Source: Lama glama
Lineage: Eukaryota
NCBI GenBank assembly: GCA_028534125.1
Contig: CM052819.1
Location: forward strand, 106,144,001 to 106,208,000
Reading direction: 5' to 3'
DNA length: 64,000 bases
Positions 22,820-35,830 of the stretch are shown piece after piece. Position 1 is the stretch's first letter. Each line of letters begins with the position of its first letter. The notes below the pieces were generated by a model. It saw nothing but the letters and a program-made list of their open reading frames with translations. It had not been told where the DNA came from and made no database searches. The position numbers were made by a program, and so were the translations under genes.

Positions 22820-23770
22820 AGGGGACCATTGACCCGCGTGGACAGATGGGTCCAGGGCTGAGGAGGGTGTCAGCATGCGTGCACAGCTCACTCTGTCCCG
22901 AGCGCACCCAAATACCCTCTCCGAGCCGACAAGCAGGGCTTGGAACGCCTCGTGGTGCAGAAAGACGTGCTCAGAGAGCATCGGGCGTGGGGGGGGGGCA
23001 CGGGGACTGCCGGAATGGGAGAGGCGCCTGGGCTGGCCACCCTGAGCAAAGACGTGGATAAATGATATTGGTTTATAATCTGTAGAATACAGTAAGTACC
23101 CATCAGTCCATGCTGATGTAAATAAGCCACTGAATAAGTAAGTGGGGAGGGGGCACTGGAGCGTTCCAGTTCGTCAACAGACAAGGAACGAGGAAACAGG
23201 AAACCGCCGTGCGGCGGACACCGTGGTAGTAGGCACTTCAGGCAAGACCCAGGACTGAGGCGAAAGTCTGAGGAGAAACAGGATATGTGCCTGGTGTCAA
23301 AGTAGCTCTTCCTCAAGTTATTTACTTATTGAAAAGGGAAAAGTAGTAACTTTAGAGTGGAGAAGGCCAGCAGATACCACCTCAGCCGAGCGATCAAGGC
23401 CACGTCGCCTGTGGTAAGACAGCGGCCCGTCGCATCCTCCCTGACACCACGCGGGCACCCTCTCGCCGGGGTCCTTGCCACAGGTGCGCAGTCACGCCTG
23501 TGGTGTGACCACCAGGAGACAGTAGGAGGACTCCAGCAGAGGATGTCCCGAGACGCAGGAGGGAGTGAGGGGCCTCAGGGGACACGGCGGGGAGAGGCTG
23601 CCTGGGTCTGGAGAGGGCCGAGTAGAGAGGACACAGGGCAAAACCGGCAGAACCTGAGTCCGGTCGGTGGTGGAGCTGATGCCGGTGTCCTGTGTTGAGT
23701 TCCTAATTTTGGTGGCTGTCCAGCGATGCTGTCAGATGTGGCCGTCGGGGGAAGCTGGGCGGAGGGCTCG
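22820..23770 (+). mobile_element. L1MC-like 3' UTR relic
   Basis: gaggagaaacaggatat...tcaaagta...aaagggaaaagtagtaactttagagtggagaaggccagcagataccacctcagccgagcgatcaagg is characteristic of L1MC 3' UTRs. Confidence 0.75.
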
Positions 23771-24039
23771 GGCGGGCTGTCCGCCTTCCGACTGCCCCGC
23801 GCCCCGCTGACGCTCCTGCGGCCTGCCGCTCGGGAGGAGGCGGAGTCCTCGCGCTGAGTGGTCCGGGCGCCTCGAGCCCCGGTGTGCAGCGGTCTGGGGT
23901 GTGCTTCCCACGCCGGGGTGGGGGGCATGGGCACAGTTCTGTGAAAGGGGGCCGTCAGCGCTGCCTGGTTCCAGTGGGAAGAGGCGCTGTGACCCGGGCA
24001 GTGACTGCCGGGGGCGCCTCTCACGTGGCTGTGGATGCT

Positions 24040-24960
24040 CTGGTAGGCTTCCCTTGGCCTTTTCATTGTGTTATTTTTGTCCAAAGAGAAACTTTAAGTT
24101 TTTATATATTCAGAGGTACCAGTCTTTCCCTTTATGACTTTTGGACTGAGGCGCATCTGAGAACGTTTTCCTACATCAGGAGGCGTTCTTCTTTAATCTC
24201 TTCCAGCAGGTCTGTGTTCTGTTTTCCACATTTAGCCTATTGATTTATGTGAAATCTGTTTTTACACAATCTGAGGTCAGCACCTGATATTTTTTTCCGG
24301 TTGGCTAGCCAGTGGCCGCAGTCATTGCGTGGTCTGCCCTTTGCCCAGCGATCAGAAGTGCCACTCGCATCCTATATTGAGTCCCTTCTTCGGAAGGGTG
24401 CGTTCCCAGTTGCCTGTCACTGCTGTATAGGAGGCTGTTGAGTTTTGAATGTGGACTTTGTCCCCACCCATCATTTGTGTCCCACGTTTTCTAGGGAGGG
24501 TCAGGTTGTGCAGGCGGTGCCTCTTCCTCTCTGAGTTTTGCGCTGTCCCCGGCTCCCTGGCCAGGGCATGAGGCACCAGGCCGAGCCGGCTGGAGCAGTG
24601 GGGGCGGCCGGCAGGCGGACACTGCTCCGGCTCTGGCATTAGCGGGGACGCCTCTGATGCTCCCTCTGCAGGAGGGATGCTCACTGCCCTCGCCTTGTTC
24701 GTGCCCTTCATCTAACTAAGCAAGTTGCTGCCCTCCTTTGCTGAGAGCTTTTAAAAAATAAACTTTATCATGTACAGCAGCAGAATTTTATTGTTTGGTT
24801 TTTCTGCATCTGCTGAAATGATCGTGTGGTTTCCCTCCAATCTGTTAATACAGTAAATTTCATTCATAGATTTCCTGATGATAAACTTTTCGTTCTCAGG
24901 GAAAACCTTACTTTACTTTTAACACACTGAGAATTAAATTTGCTACTTATTTAAATATTT
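24040..24960 (-). mobile_element. Ancient L1 ORF2 fragments
   Basis: Antisense L1 motifs: tttccctttatgacttttgg, ttccacatttagcct, tttttctgcatctgctgaaatgatcgtgtggttt...ctgttaatacagtaaatt. Confidence 0.6.
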
Positions 24961-25029
24961 TCTTTTTTTTCCAGAATTTTTCTTCTTTTTTTCTTTTTCT
25001 GAGATAGAGTTTACATATCTTAAGGTACC

Positions 25030-25240
25030 TGCAGTGGTATGCTGATAAATGTTTAACGAATGGCTTTCTTGGGAGGGGGTTGTAAAAAGCCCTGATTTGT
25101 AGCATTTTCCAACTTCTGTGGCATAAATATTCTTGCCATTACCTATTTCAGGCTCCCAGTGAGCTGTGGCAGGCTGGCCCACAACATTCCTGAAACCCAG
25201 CACCCTCTCTTGAGCTGGTAGGAGCCGGCAGGGCAGCTGT
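25030..25240 (-). mobile_element. MER63-like hAT DNA transposon relic
   Basis: cagtggtatgctgataaatgtttaac...aagccctgatttgtagcattttccaacttctgtggcataaatattc...attcctgaaa...gagctggtaggagccggc. Confidence 0.75.
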
Positions 25241-25649
25241 GAGCTTGGTGACTTTGGGCTGTGCGTGACCACATGACCGTCTCCACCATCCTCCCATCCC
25301 TCTTCTGCCTGTCTGCATCAGCACCCACCTCCCGGGGAGCCACCGGTCTGACCTCGGTCACCCTCGTGTCCTCGCCTCCGTCTGGGAGACCTAGCGTTCT
25401 GTTCTGTGCAGTCACAGCTCCTCATTTTCCCCCGAGGACTGCCTCGGCCACCTCACTTACAGACAGTCAAGTGCTGGGCTCACAGTGAGTTTATTGAAAG
25501 GTTGAGCCTCTGACTCATGGTTATTACTGTGGCACGAACTTTATTTAGAAAACTGTAGCTTCTGTGATAGTCACTTTCCTTAAATCTAAAGGGTCGCTAG
25601 CATCTTATATTTGTGTAGCTTTTCATCTTCATTAGTATAAATTTAACCT

Positions 25650-25790
25650 TTTTTATTCATCTATTTTTGCAATCATTTGACAGGTGTTTTTTGAGTACCT
25701 ACTCTGTGTCATTTTAGATGGCAGAGGTGTAGCAGTGAAAAAATAACTCAGCCTCTTTCCTCGTGGCACGTAGGCTCTGATGTATCTTCA
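25650..25790 (-). mobile_element. L2 3' terminus
   Basis: attcat...tcatttgacaggtgttttttgagtacctactctgtgtca...gtagcagtgaaaaa. Confidence 0.6.
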
Positions 25791-27899
25791 AGTTGTGAGT
25801 TTTTCTCATCTGTCTGTCCTCCCCACTTTTCTCCTTACTCAGACATCTCCTTGTCTTTGCCCCTGGTACTAACTTAAATCAACCCTGGATTAATTCGATT
25901 TCTTCCGCTGCTTTAGCTTTGAAATTCCCTGCTTTGATGCCACTTGGCGTTTAGCTTAACTACTATATAGTTATTTCTGCTTTTCCCACATCCTCACAAT
26001 GAAAAAGCAAAGGAATTGCATCTGGTGGTTTTTTTTATTAGGAAAGGCCGATGTTTTAAAAGTGTCGTGACAGTAGACTAACAGGGCAAGTTTAGTGTGG
26101 TGACACCGTTTACAGTGTGGGGACAAGCGTGTGGCCTTCCACTGCAGTTCTGGGGCTGGCAGACTCGCTCCCCACCAGTGTGGCTTCTGTCTAGCTCCTG
26201 AGGGCGCTGGGGTGCGTCGGGCTACGCCTTCTGGCAGCCGGGTGGCTCTGAAGGCTGGGCGTCTGGTCACCGGTGTCTGCGCGTTTGCTGCACGCTTTGG
26301 CATCAGGCAGAATGGAGGTGGCTGGGACTCAGGTCCCCATCCCCCTGAGGGCTGCAATCCAGGGAGAGCAGTGGGGGGTCTCCCTGGGGGAGGAGGAGCT
26401 GGAGGACCTCCATCCAGGGTAGCCAGCATGGTGGGTGGGCCGGGAAATCTGGATGCAGGCCAGTGGACCTCAGAAACTCACCTGCTCGTCCTGCTAAGCT
26501 GGTTTGAATTTCTGCCTCTTTAATCCTTTGCAAAGTTAATTTGTCTTTAATTTGAAAGTATCTTATTTTAACAGGAGGAAATGATTCTAATTCATTTATT
26601 CAGACAACTTACAAGGCCTTAGAGATGAACTTCCCTCACTCCCGCAGGAGGGCGCTGAGGAACGGCTGTGTGTGAGAGCGCGGTGTGTGGCTCTTGGCTC
26701 CTAGCCCGTGAGCGTCTGTCTGCGGACAAGAACCTTTGGAGGAGGGACCGGTCACTCTGCTGCTGGGGCCGTCGGTCCAGAAGGTGTGGCCTGGCCTCAG
26801 CCAAGATCCAAAGCCAACACACATTTTCTTTCCGCACCCCGCCCTGCGTGGCACCTTCAGCACCCTGGGCCTCTGCTGAGGATGGAGAGGAAGCGCGAGG
26901 CTTCTGTCTGTCAGGTGACTGTGACCTCCCACGCGTGCTGACTGAGCTGGCCTCCTTACTCTTTTGACCATGTTGCAATTGCCTGATGAGGCGGTTTAAA
27001 AACGGATATCAAAGAAACAATTTTTCATGGTAAAAATGCCTTTTTCTTGTATAGTTAAGCTTTGGAACTTAGTCTTTGAAGGTAGCAAATGGGGATGGAG
27101 CATTAATCTGAAGGGCGAGCCCTCTTAGATCACCTTCACATTTTACAAAGTGTCAAAATCACTTTTGACAACAGTGTGGCGCTCCTACTGGGTTTTAAAA
27201 AGTGGATTACATCTCATTTGTATCTGTGCTTAAATTTGTAAGTCAGCCTGATACTAACAGTGTCCCAGAATAGGAAAGACAAACATCCTTCTGTAAACGT
27301 TACCGTGATGAGCAGATTAGGGCTCGCGCCACAACACAGCAGACGAGGCAGAGGAAGTCGTGGTGCTCTTGATCGCTCAAACCTGACTCTTCACTTGAGT
27401 AATTATTTAAAAGACGTTTAGTAGATTAAGCCTCTCCATCCTATAGAATAGGAGTAATTCATCATCACACAGTTTTGTACTTTTTAGCTTTTTCTTCAAG
27501 GTTGGTTCTAGGTCCTAAAGATGTCAAAACTAGCATCACATCTAGTTTTCTAAGGACAGGGAACTCTGTATCCTGCTTTCCAGGGCCAACAGGGTAATCT
27601 GTTAGGAGGCCACTGAAACCCCTTTGGTGAGTCTCAGCCGCCCCCCCCCCCTTTACACAATAGGCGCAGTGAAAACCAGGAAACCGAGGCTCTGAGATAA
27701 GCTGGTCTCGGGAGGAAGGAAGCAGCGCGGCTCCTGACAGAGTGCGGGGGCCGCACCCGCCCTCTGTGATCCCGGCCATGGGGGACCCCTCCCCCCGCAT
27801 GGGGGGCAGACTGCGTGTGCACCCAGCAGGGTGGATGCCGGCTCTGCGCGCTTCCCAGGGCCGCGGGGGTCCCTGCAGCTCGCCACGCCGCGCCGCGCC

Positions 27900-27945
27900 G
27901 GCCTGGCTGTTGCTCCCATCGGCCTGGCTGTCGCTCCCATCGGCC
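27900..27945. repeat. 21-bp tandem duplication
   Basis: ggcctggctgttgctcccatc followed by ggcctggctgtcgctcccatc (1 mismatch). Confidence 0.85.
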
Positions 27946-30900
27946 CGTTTCCCGAAGCGCCCACTGGCACCCCCGGCAGCGGAAGAGGGCGGTGGCATCC
28001 TGCGGGGCCGAGCCCTCCGAGCGCCACCCTCTTCCTCCGCCGCCCTCACCCTTCGTCTGTGCTTCTAGAAGGAGGTCGCATCCTGGGTGGTAAGGCTGGG
28101 GGCACGCGACCCGGGACCCAGGCAGGAGTCTGTCCCTGGTGTCTCTGGGAGGACGCCGTCTGCCCCTGGCTCCTGGCCTCCCCGTCCTGAAGAGAAGAGC
28201 TCTGTGCTCTTCTCCCGGGAAGGGGCCTTGGACACAGGGCCTGGAGGAGCACGGGTGGCGGCCGGGGGCTGGGGGGTGGGGGCTGGGACTGGTCCACCCC
28301 GGGGGACCCCAGGCTGGGTGACGGCCGGCGGTGGGGCTGCCAGCAGGGCCTCCTGGATTTTGCAGTCACGGTCCAGACCCAAACTTCTCGGTGCCCTCCT
28401 GGCTCTCCCTTTGGGCGCTGGCTCTTTGCTGCCCCGTTAAGAACCCTAGGGCTAGGCCACCGCACAGCGAGTGCTCAGAGGCCTCGGCGAAATCAAGTTA
28501 AATAACTTGCCTTTATGGCGTTTAGTTTTTGTGGTGATTTTCTTAGTTGTCTTCTCAGCCTGTGACTCATCTGGTGATTTGTGTGGCTCTAGGTGATTGT
28601 AACCCTTTTATTCACAGGGTTTTAAGAGGTGGCTTCTTGCTTTTAATGTCCTCTATTATGAGTTTCCGGTGATTTTGTGTATAAAGTTGAAGCTCTTTTC
28701 AGAAAGAATAAATCAAGTTATCTGTTGAGAAACAGCAGAAGTAGTCTTCGTAGCCCTGTGAGCAGCTGGGCCCGCAGCACAGCGCTTCATGTGCACTTGG
28801 AGCCTCGTCGCAGCCCCGGACGCCAGCTGGTGCCAGGCCGCTCCCTGAACTTGTGTTAAGGGCTGGGCTTCCCCCAGGCCCCAGGCACCCTCTGAGCCCA
28901 ATGCTAGTTTGTTGTCTAAAATTACCTTTACATCGGGAAATCTTGAAGTAAAATTTGGGAAGTTTTTTATTAATTCCCTGGGGTGCTTTTGAATGACGGA
29001 TTTGGTGGAGTACGTGTTTTGGACGTTTGGGCACCACCACGAGGCCACTGGCTGCAGTCTGGTGCTGGTGCGGCCTCCTGTTGGAGAAGTGGCCCCTGTG
29101 CCGTGTCCGGGGCCGTCCACCCCGAGCACGTGTCAGCTCACAGGTCCCTGAGCACCGTCCTCGTGGGCCCTCTGTTCACCCAGCACCTCCACCTCCTGTC
29201 CCCACTGTCACGATTGCCTTGTCTGTTCTCGTCAGGTGGCCTCACATCCTTCGGAAATGTCTCTTCCAGTCCCCAGTGACCTGTCTTTGTCAAGGGCAGT
29301 GGCCAGTGTCCTGTCCCCGTCTCACTCAGGCCCTCAGCAGTGTCTGACCAAACTAACTGCGCTGGCTGGTCCCCGCCGCCCGCCCTCAGCCCCAGGGCCC
29401 CGCTCCCTCCTGCTCTGGGAGCCGGTGCCTCTCCCTCCGCCTGTCACTCCCGCCCTGTCCCTGGTCCCCAGGGGCATGCAGCCGCCCTCAGCTCCCTTTC
29501 TCTCACCCTCACTCTGGGTCTTGGCCAGGCTTGCTGGCGTCCTCCCCACTCGAACCCCCTCTGAGCCGCGGGAGCCCCTCATTGGCTTTCCCGGCCTGTA
29601 CTTGCTCTGGTGCATGCACCTTCGTGTGGTCACTGAGGCAGGGAGCCCCTGTGCGACCCCTTTGGTGACTTCCCATCACGGTGGGTGAAGTATGGCCCCT
29701 TAAGAAGCAGCTCCCAGTTCCCCTCTGTTTTCCCCATTTGCTGCTCTGTGCAGACCCCACCCCACCGCAGGACCCGAGTGTCTGCTCTTCCTCCTATGGG
29801 CGACAGTCATCCCCCAGGTGTTCCCGAGGCTGCCGCTGCTCACTGGTCAGCCACCAGCTTGGCTGTTGTCCCGCTGGCCCCCTCCATGCCGCTCTTGTCT
29901 GTGCCCCTGTTGTGAGGGCCCCGGAGATGCCCTGTTTGTTTGCTGGCACGTTTGCTGTCTGTGCCCTTGCCCTGGTCCGGTAGCTTTTGGAAGCCGGAGG
30001 CAGCCCTGGTCACTGGTGGCTTCAGGTCTGCAGCAGGCGTGTCCACAGGCCTGCACCAGGCACTCTCTTTGGCCTGGGTTTGTGTCGGGGAGGCGTTGGC
30101 AGCATGTGGCAGACAGCCTGGTGGCTGTGGCTTTCAACTCCTGGGCCTCCCATCTGGGCCTGGGACGTGGCTTCTGGACCTGCCGTCTCTCCTCTCTGCT
30201 GTTTGTCCTCGTGCTGGGCTCCTTGCTCTCTTGGTGGCTGTTCTGAGGGGAGCAGGTGGGCGAGGTCTCTTTCAGGAAAGCATTTCGGGAGCCCCCGGCT
30301 TCCATCTGGTTGGCGGGTAGCGTGTTAACGGGGCAGAGTCTGTGCTGCAGGAAGTCAGGCTCCTGAGGAAGGGGGGCCCAGTACCTGCCCAGCACAGCCT
30401 TCGTGTGGGCCTCTGTGTTCAGCACCTACTTCTGACCTTCTTGAGTTCCAGAGCAGTGGAGAGAGGCCCACACCCCAAAGGCCAGCGGAGGTCAGAGTGG
30501 CCCTGTTCACAGAGAAATAACTTGAGACAGCTCTCTGTGGCCCAGTGGGCTGGCCAGTCTCGTATCTCAAACTAGACAGACTTATCCACCTGGTGCCAAG
30601 CGCATCTGGGGACAAGCGCAGCCGCCCTCGGAGGGACCAGCCTCACCTGTAAGGCGACCTGAGCGCACGGCCACTGTGGGTGGCCCTGCGAGGACACGAC
30701 CGGCCAGGCGGGCCCGGGCCTCCCTCTAGGCGCATCGTTAGCCCACACTGCCTTCCCTCCTGGGGAGAGTGAGTGTGAGCGGGCAGGGGACCCACCGGGG
30801 CACGAGAGGAGCAAGGAATATGGCTCCCTCATCCCCCAGAGGGCTTTGCTCCTCTTAAGGGAGAAGTCTGCCCCCGCTGTCTGCCTGAGGGACGGCGGCC

Positions 30901-31684
30901 CGGCTGGTATTAACCCTGACCTGGTGCTGACCCCAGCCCCCAGAGCCGCTCCTCCCCAGGCCCCGGCTCTGGGGTCCCTGTGGGCCGTCCCCACAGTAAC
31001 TGCTGGCCCCTCCCCCTCTCCCCAGCTTCTGAGGCTGTTCGTACTCTGCGGAGAAACCCCACCCAGGGTGGCATCCAGAACAGCTTATGAGAGCAGAGGG
31101 GGCCTCTGGGAAGCCGTCCGAGACTGGAGTGGACCTTCCCTCCTCTTCGAGCTCAGTTTCTCACCCCAGGTTGGAAATCCGGATGCAGGCCAGTGGACCT
31201 GTCTGCACAGCGCCCAGGGCCCGGCTAGCGCAGGTCCAAGAGAGCCTTTCTCACCACAAGTGAGAGGGAGGTGGTCACAGTGCCTTCTCTTTGTTGACTG
31301 ATAAAGAGGAGCAGAATGTTGCTGGGAAAGCTGAGGTGAGTTTTGGAGTTTTGTTCGAGGTCCGCTGTGCAGAAAAGGAGACCAGAGCAGGGTCTGGGGA
31401 CCGCCGCAAGCACTTGTGTCTGTATTCTGAGCCCTGGCCGAGGCACTGTGGGGGTTTCTGAACTCAGATCTGTGGTGTGGGGGGCTCTGCTGTGCAGGCA
31501 GGAGGTGGGAGCGGAGACACTCGGGTTGTGTGGATGTCTGGGATGAGAGGCGGTGCCTTTGCCGGGACAGAGCCCACGGGGGGCCGGCCTTGGTCTGCTG
31601 TGAACAAGCGGCAGCTCGGCTCTTGCTTTCCCATCTCCAGCTCCCGTGGGTGCCTGGGCCCCGGGCCCGCAGGCAGCACCGCCC

Positions 31685-32330
31685 TCTAGGCTGACATCTC
31701 ACAGGCTCCCAGCTGAACATTTGGAACCAATCACTTCATTTTCCCAAGTTTTCTCCCCTTTTTCCTCGCGGTGAATGCCATAACACCCCACAGTCGCTAG
31801 AAGCCTGGCAGCCATCCTAGACTCCTCGCTTTTCCCTGCTGTCACCTCCAGTCCCCAGCACACTGTGTTCCCACTGTCCCTGCACTAATCGTCCTCCCGA
31901 GGTGCCTGTTCTCCACATCTCCCCCGCCGCCCAGTGGCCTGCAGGCCACCGCCATCTCTTGTTTGGCCTTGACAGAAGCCTCCTGCCAGGGCCTGAGTCT
32001 TCCCTGTGCTCAGGGCTCTCCACCGGCAGCCCCAGGGCGTCATCTTAGCCCTGCGCTTACAGGCCCCTGTGCCCTGCCTTTGTATCTGCAATAAAGCTGT
32101 AACTTACTTCTCAGTTACAAACGCCTGGCTTGACCCGGCTCCCACCTGTCTTCTGCCTCCTTCCGTCTGACCCCTTTCCCCTCGTTGTGCTGGGCCCACG
32201 GCCTCCTGTCTCTGACCTGCGTGGCTCCAGCTCCCAGCCTCCTCAGCTTCCTGCACGTGCTTCACTTGTTCCCACCTGGTGGCCTTCCCCGTGTTCTCCC
32301 TGCGTCACTGCTGCCGTCTCTGAGGTGGTC
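31685..32330 (+). mobile_element. LINE-2 relic
   Basis: atctcacaggc...gtgaatgcca...agaagcctggcagccatcctagactcctc...caggccaccgccatctct...agcctcct. Confidence 0.65.
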
Positions 32331-32374
32331 CTGACTATCTCCTGGCTTATGGAGGCATCTTCTAGTTTTTACTG

Positions 32375-32605
32375 AGGGGCAGGTTGGGGAAGTGGTTACC
32401 TGCCTGGTCTCTGGAACCAGACTGTTGGGTTGGAGTCACGCTGACCCTGCCTGTCACTCGCTGTGTGACCTTGACATGTTATTTAACCCTCTGGGCCTTA
32501 GCTTCCCTGTCTGCAAACTGGGGAGGCTGATACCTGCCTCTTTACCACGAGGATTAAATGATTGCGTGAAGCTTCTGTCAGTGTGTGTGGATAGCAAGTG
32601 CTGGG
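32375..32605 (+). mobile_element. Near full-length MIR SINE
   Basis: gtggtta...ctctggaaccagactgttgggtt...cactcgctgtgtgaccttgacatgttatttaaccctctgggccttagcttccctgtctgcaaactgggg...gaggattaaatga. Confidence 0.85.
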
Positions 32606-34929
32606 TGAGAACTGGACTGGGCACCGGGCAGAGTGCCCCATCGAGGGTGCAGGCTCAGGGAGTCAGGAAGGAGGTGGTCACCTTGTGCTTGGGCCGCCCT
32701 GCCTCTGCCTGAGAAACGGAGGTGCTGCCAAGTTATTCTCAGTATTTCAGTCTGATGGGCTAGACCGAGCGCCTTCCCTGTGGAGCAGAAATGCAGAGCC
32801 TTGGTAAAGGAACCCAGTCCCCCAACAAAATAAATCCCCGAGTTGTGTACTGGCAGCAGGTGGGGCTGGAAACGGCTCTTCCAAGCCTTGGAGGGGAAAT
32901 CTAGTAGGTGCTTGGGACTGAAATTAAGCCTTGGATCATCTGAAAGGAACTTCCATGTCTTCTCTTAAGGATTGTTAGCTCAGAATTAACTCCTTGAGAA
33001 ATGGGTGGTAGGACTGGTGACCAAGAACATGTGATTTCCTACGGGAGAGCTGTGTGTTCATTGTCATTTTGTATCAGATAAAGCCGTAATTGGTCATTCT
33101 TTGATGCAGAGTAAAGCCCAGCTGCTAAATTAGGGTCTTTTCCTCTAGATCGCTCTGTGAGCTTTAAAAATTGCCATTTGTGTTCAGTGCAGATCAGTAC
33201 TGTATCATTTTATGGACCCCAAAACATAATTACGACACGCAGCGTGCAACCCACAACACACATGGTGCTGGTTCTTACGCTGCCCTTGTTCTCAGGATTG
33301 CCGAGCCCGGGGTTTCTGGAGTGCTCTCTGAGGCCGGCACGTGCTTGGTGCTGAAGGCCCCGTAGCCTCCGGGTGCTGGCCCGTGCCTGTGTGACTGCGG
33401 CCCAGCGACTTCAGAGCGGGCGCCTGGGCACTGTTGGCTGTGTGGGGTTTCCCTTCCAGGACCCACCTGAGGCTCCGTCCCAGGTTCTGCCTGAAAACAC
33501 TGGTGGGACGTAGTCCCAATGTGGGTTTATAGAAACACGTGTAAAATAGCATAAAGGTGTGTGAACTTAGCTCAGGCAAGCTTCTAATCTCCCCTTTCCA
33601 GTCAATTTACCTTTTTTTCTCCAAACCTTATGTTCACGATTTAAAAATATGTAAAAAAACCTCACCTTTAAATTGTAAAAATTATTCAACACATGCAGAA
33701 ACAAAGCCGCAGCACTTGAGGTCCCCTGGGATCAGCTGAGGGGGGCGTGCGGGAGAGCAGAGGGCACAGGTGGACTCAGTGGTGAGGCCTGGGCTTGGGG
33801 GCGATCTGCCGTCACCGCGCTGGGCCCTGTCACTTACTGTCCCCAAGTCGAACGCAGCCGCCAGCCCCTAAGAGAGCTTGCAGCCCGCAAGGACGGCTGT
33901 GGCGGGGCGCGGCCGGTGCCCGGCCAGTCTGCTTTGCAGGGGCTCTTCGGGGCCCTGTCCAGCGAGGCCTGGGCGGCTGCCCCCCAGCTAACTCCCGCCC
34001 GTGGCGGTTACCGGTTGGCTGGGCTCGCGGCCGTCCGTGCGCCCTCGACCCTGCGGCCCCTTGCGGCTGGTGTCGCAGACCTGCTGAGCCGGGTCGGGGG
34101 CTTAGCGGGACGTCCGCCGCAAGTCCCTCCCCATTTCCACAGATCTCCAGGTTCCGATACTTCAGGGGACGTCGGAAAACCTTACCTCCTAAAGTGCACA
34201 CAGAGTTTTTGCTTTAAAACCCTGAAATGGATTCTTTCTTAAGTGTTCCCGTGTCCTAATTAAAACATTCTTCAGCTAACGCTTCTCCGAGGTTTGCTAA
34301 CGTGTAACACGTGCTTGCGGCGCTGGCCTTGAGGGGGTGGCTTATGTCCCAAGTGCATCAGGGACCCTTTTGCTTTGGGGGCTGTGAAACCTCTCCCTCA
34401 GCAAAACCGTGGGGAAATGCCCACACGCTGCATACTTGACAGAAGCGTATGAGTGCTCAGCACGTCAGCAAATCGGCCCTTCCTGACTGTCAGGTGGGAA
34501 GAAGGCTCAGCGTGAAGCTGTGTAAAGGAAAGGGGCACGGCGACATGCGCTCGGGGCGCACACTCGGCAGACACGCTTCGTTCCGAAGTGGGCGCGCGTC
34601 CTGCTCGTCTTTACTCTAGATCAGAGTTGTTAGTGCTGGCCTCTGCTTGTTGACAACAAAAGGTTTACAATTTTTTACAGGTTTTAAAACTATGGAAGTA
34701 ATTACGCAAGCAGTTGAAAATGGAGCATTTAGGCTTCTCCGTCTTACTCCTTGCGGGCAGCCCTTGCCACAGGCCCACCCAGTCAGTGTCCTTGGAACAG
34801 ATCTGGGGTGCTGTTGTCAGAAGGAGGAAGATGGATTCAAGGTAGACAAAACACGCCACTGCAGGTGTATTTTCTGGAGTGTAACCGCGTGCTCCTTCAG
34901 CAGTATCTAAGAAATAGAGTCAGGGTTCC

Positions 34930-35830
34930 TCTCTGAGACTGAGAGAAACACCCACGGTGGTCCCGGAGCACCTGGCAGTGCCCGGAAGTAGGGAAGTGCT
35001 GGAAAAACAGCCCCACGAGGGTGTCAGAGGGACCGGGGCGACCAAGGGAGCTCCCAGTGGCCAGAGCTGGAGCGGGTGCAGTGACAAAACTTAGTCGGGT
35101 TGGATCATGGCCCAGAGTATAAAGGGAGAACCCCCAAGTCCACCTGCTGTAAACGAGCGACTGGCAAGCACACCGGGAGACGAGCGAATCTGCTCCCAGG
35201 AGAACCCACGTCGGTCCGGCCACTGCTCTGTCCTCAGGGAGGGGGTGGACCCCCTCCTCGGGTGCCGGTGTGCGCGGCGACCCCCTTCTGGGGGACAGTG
35301 GAGGGGCAGTCGTGTGGCAGAGAGACCCCACAGACACCCCCGTGCCGGGTGACCAAGGTCAGCGGCCGCAGTGAAGGTCACGGGGAAAGTCGTGCTGATG
35401 GCTGCCCTGGACGGGCCGTGATGAGAAGGGCCCTCTCCTCTGCGGTCCTCACGGAGGGGCGTCCTGGAAAACGCCTGACTGACCCCTCACAACTGTCAAG
35501 GTCGTTGAAAACAAGAAAGTTGGAGGAACCGTCACACCCAGAGAAGACCCAAGGGGACATGTTGACCTGGTGTCACGTGGGATCCTGGGTGAGGTCCCGG
35601 AACAGGAAAGGACACCAAGTAAAAACGGAGGAGATCTGAATAAACCATGACTCATTAGTTTCGTTAATAATAATATGTTAATGTTGGCTCGTTAATTGTA
35701 ACACACGTAGCATGCTAACATAAGCTGCTAAGAATGGGGATGTGAAGGGGTGGGTATGTGGGAAATCTCTGTACCGTCGTCTCTGTGTTTCTTTAAAAGC
35801 GTTCTCAAAATTAAAGTCTTTTTTAAAAAG
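34930..35830 (+). mobile_element. L1MC-like 3' UTR relic
   Basis: aactgtcaaggtcgttgaaaacaagaaag...gggatcctgg...ggaacaggaaaggaca...atctgaataaa...gttaataataat...gggaaatctctgtacc. Confidence 0.8.

Noticed and set aside
29100-30330. Possible highly degenerate antisense L1/HAL1 5' region
   Set aside because: Only a compositional impression (pyrimidine-rich); I could not anchor specific motifs, so it is not listed as a feature.
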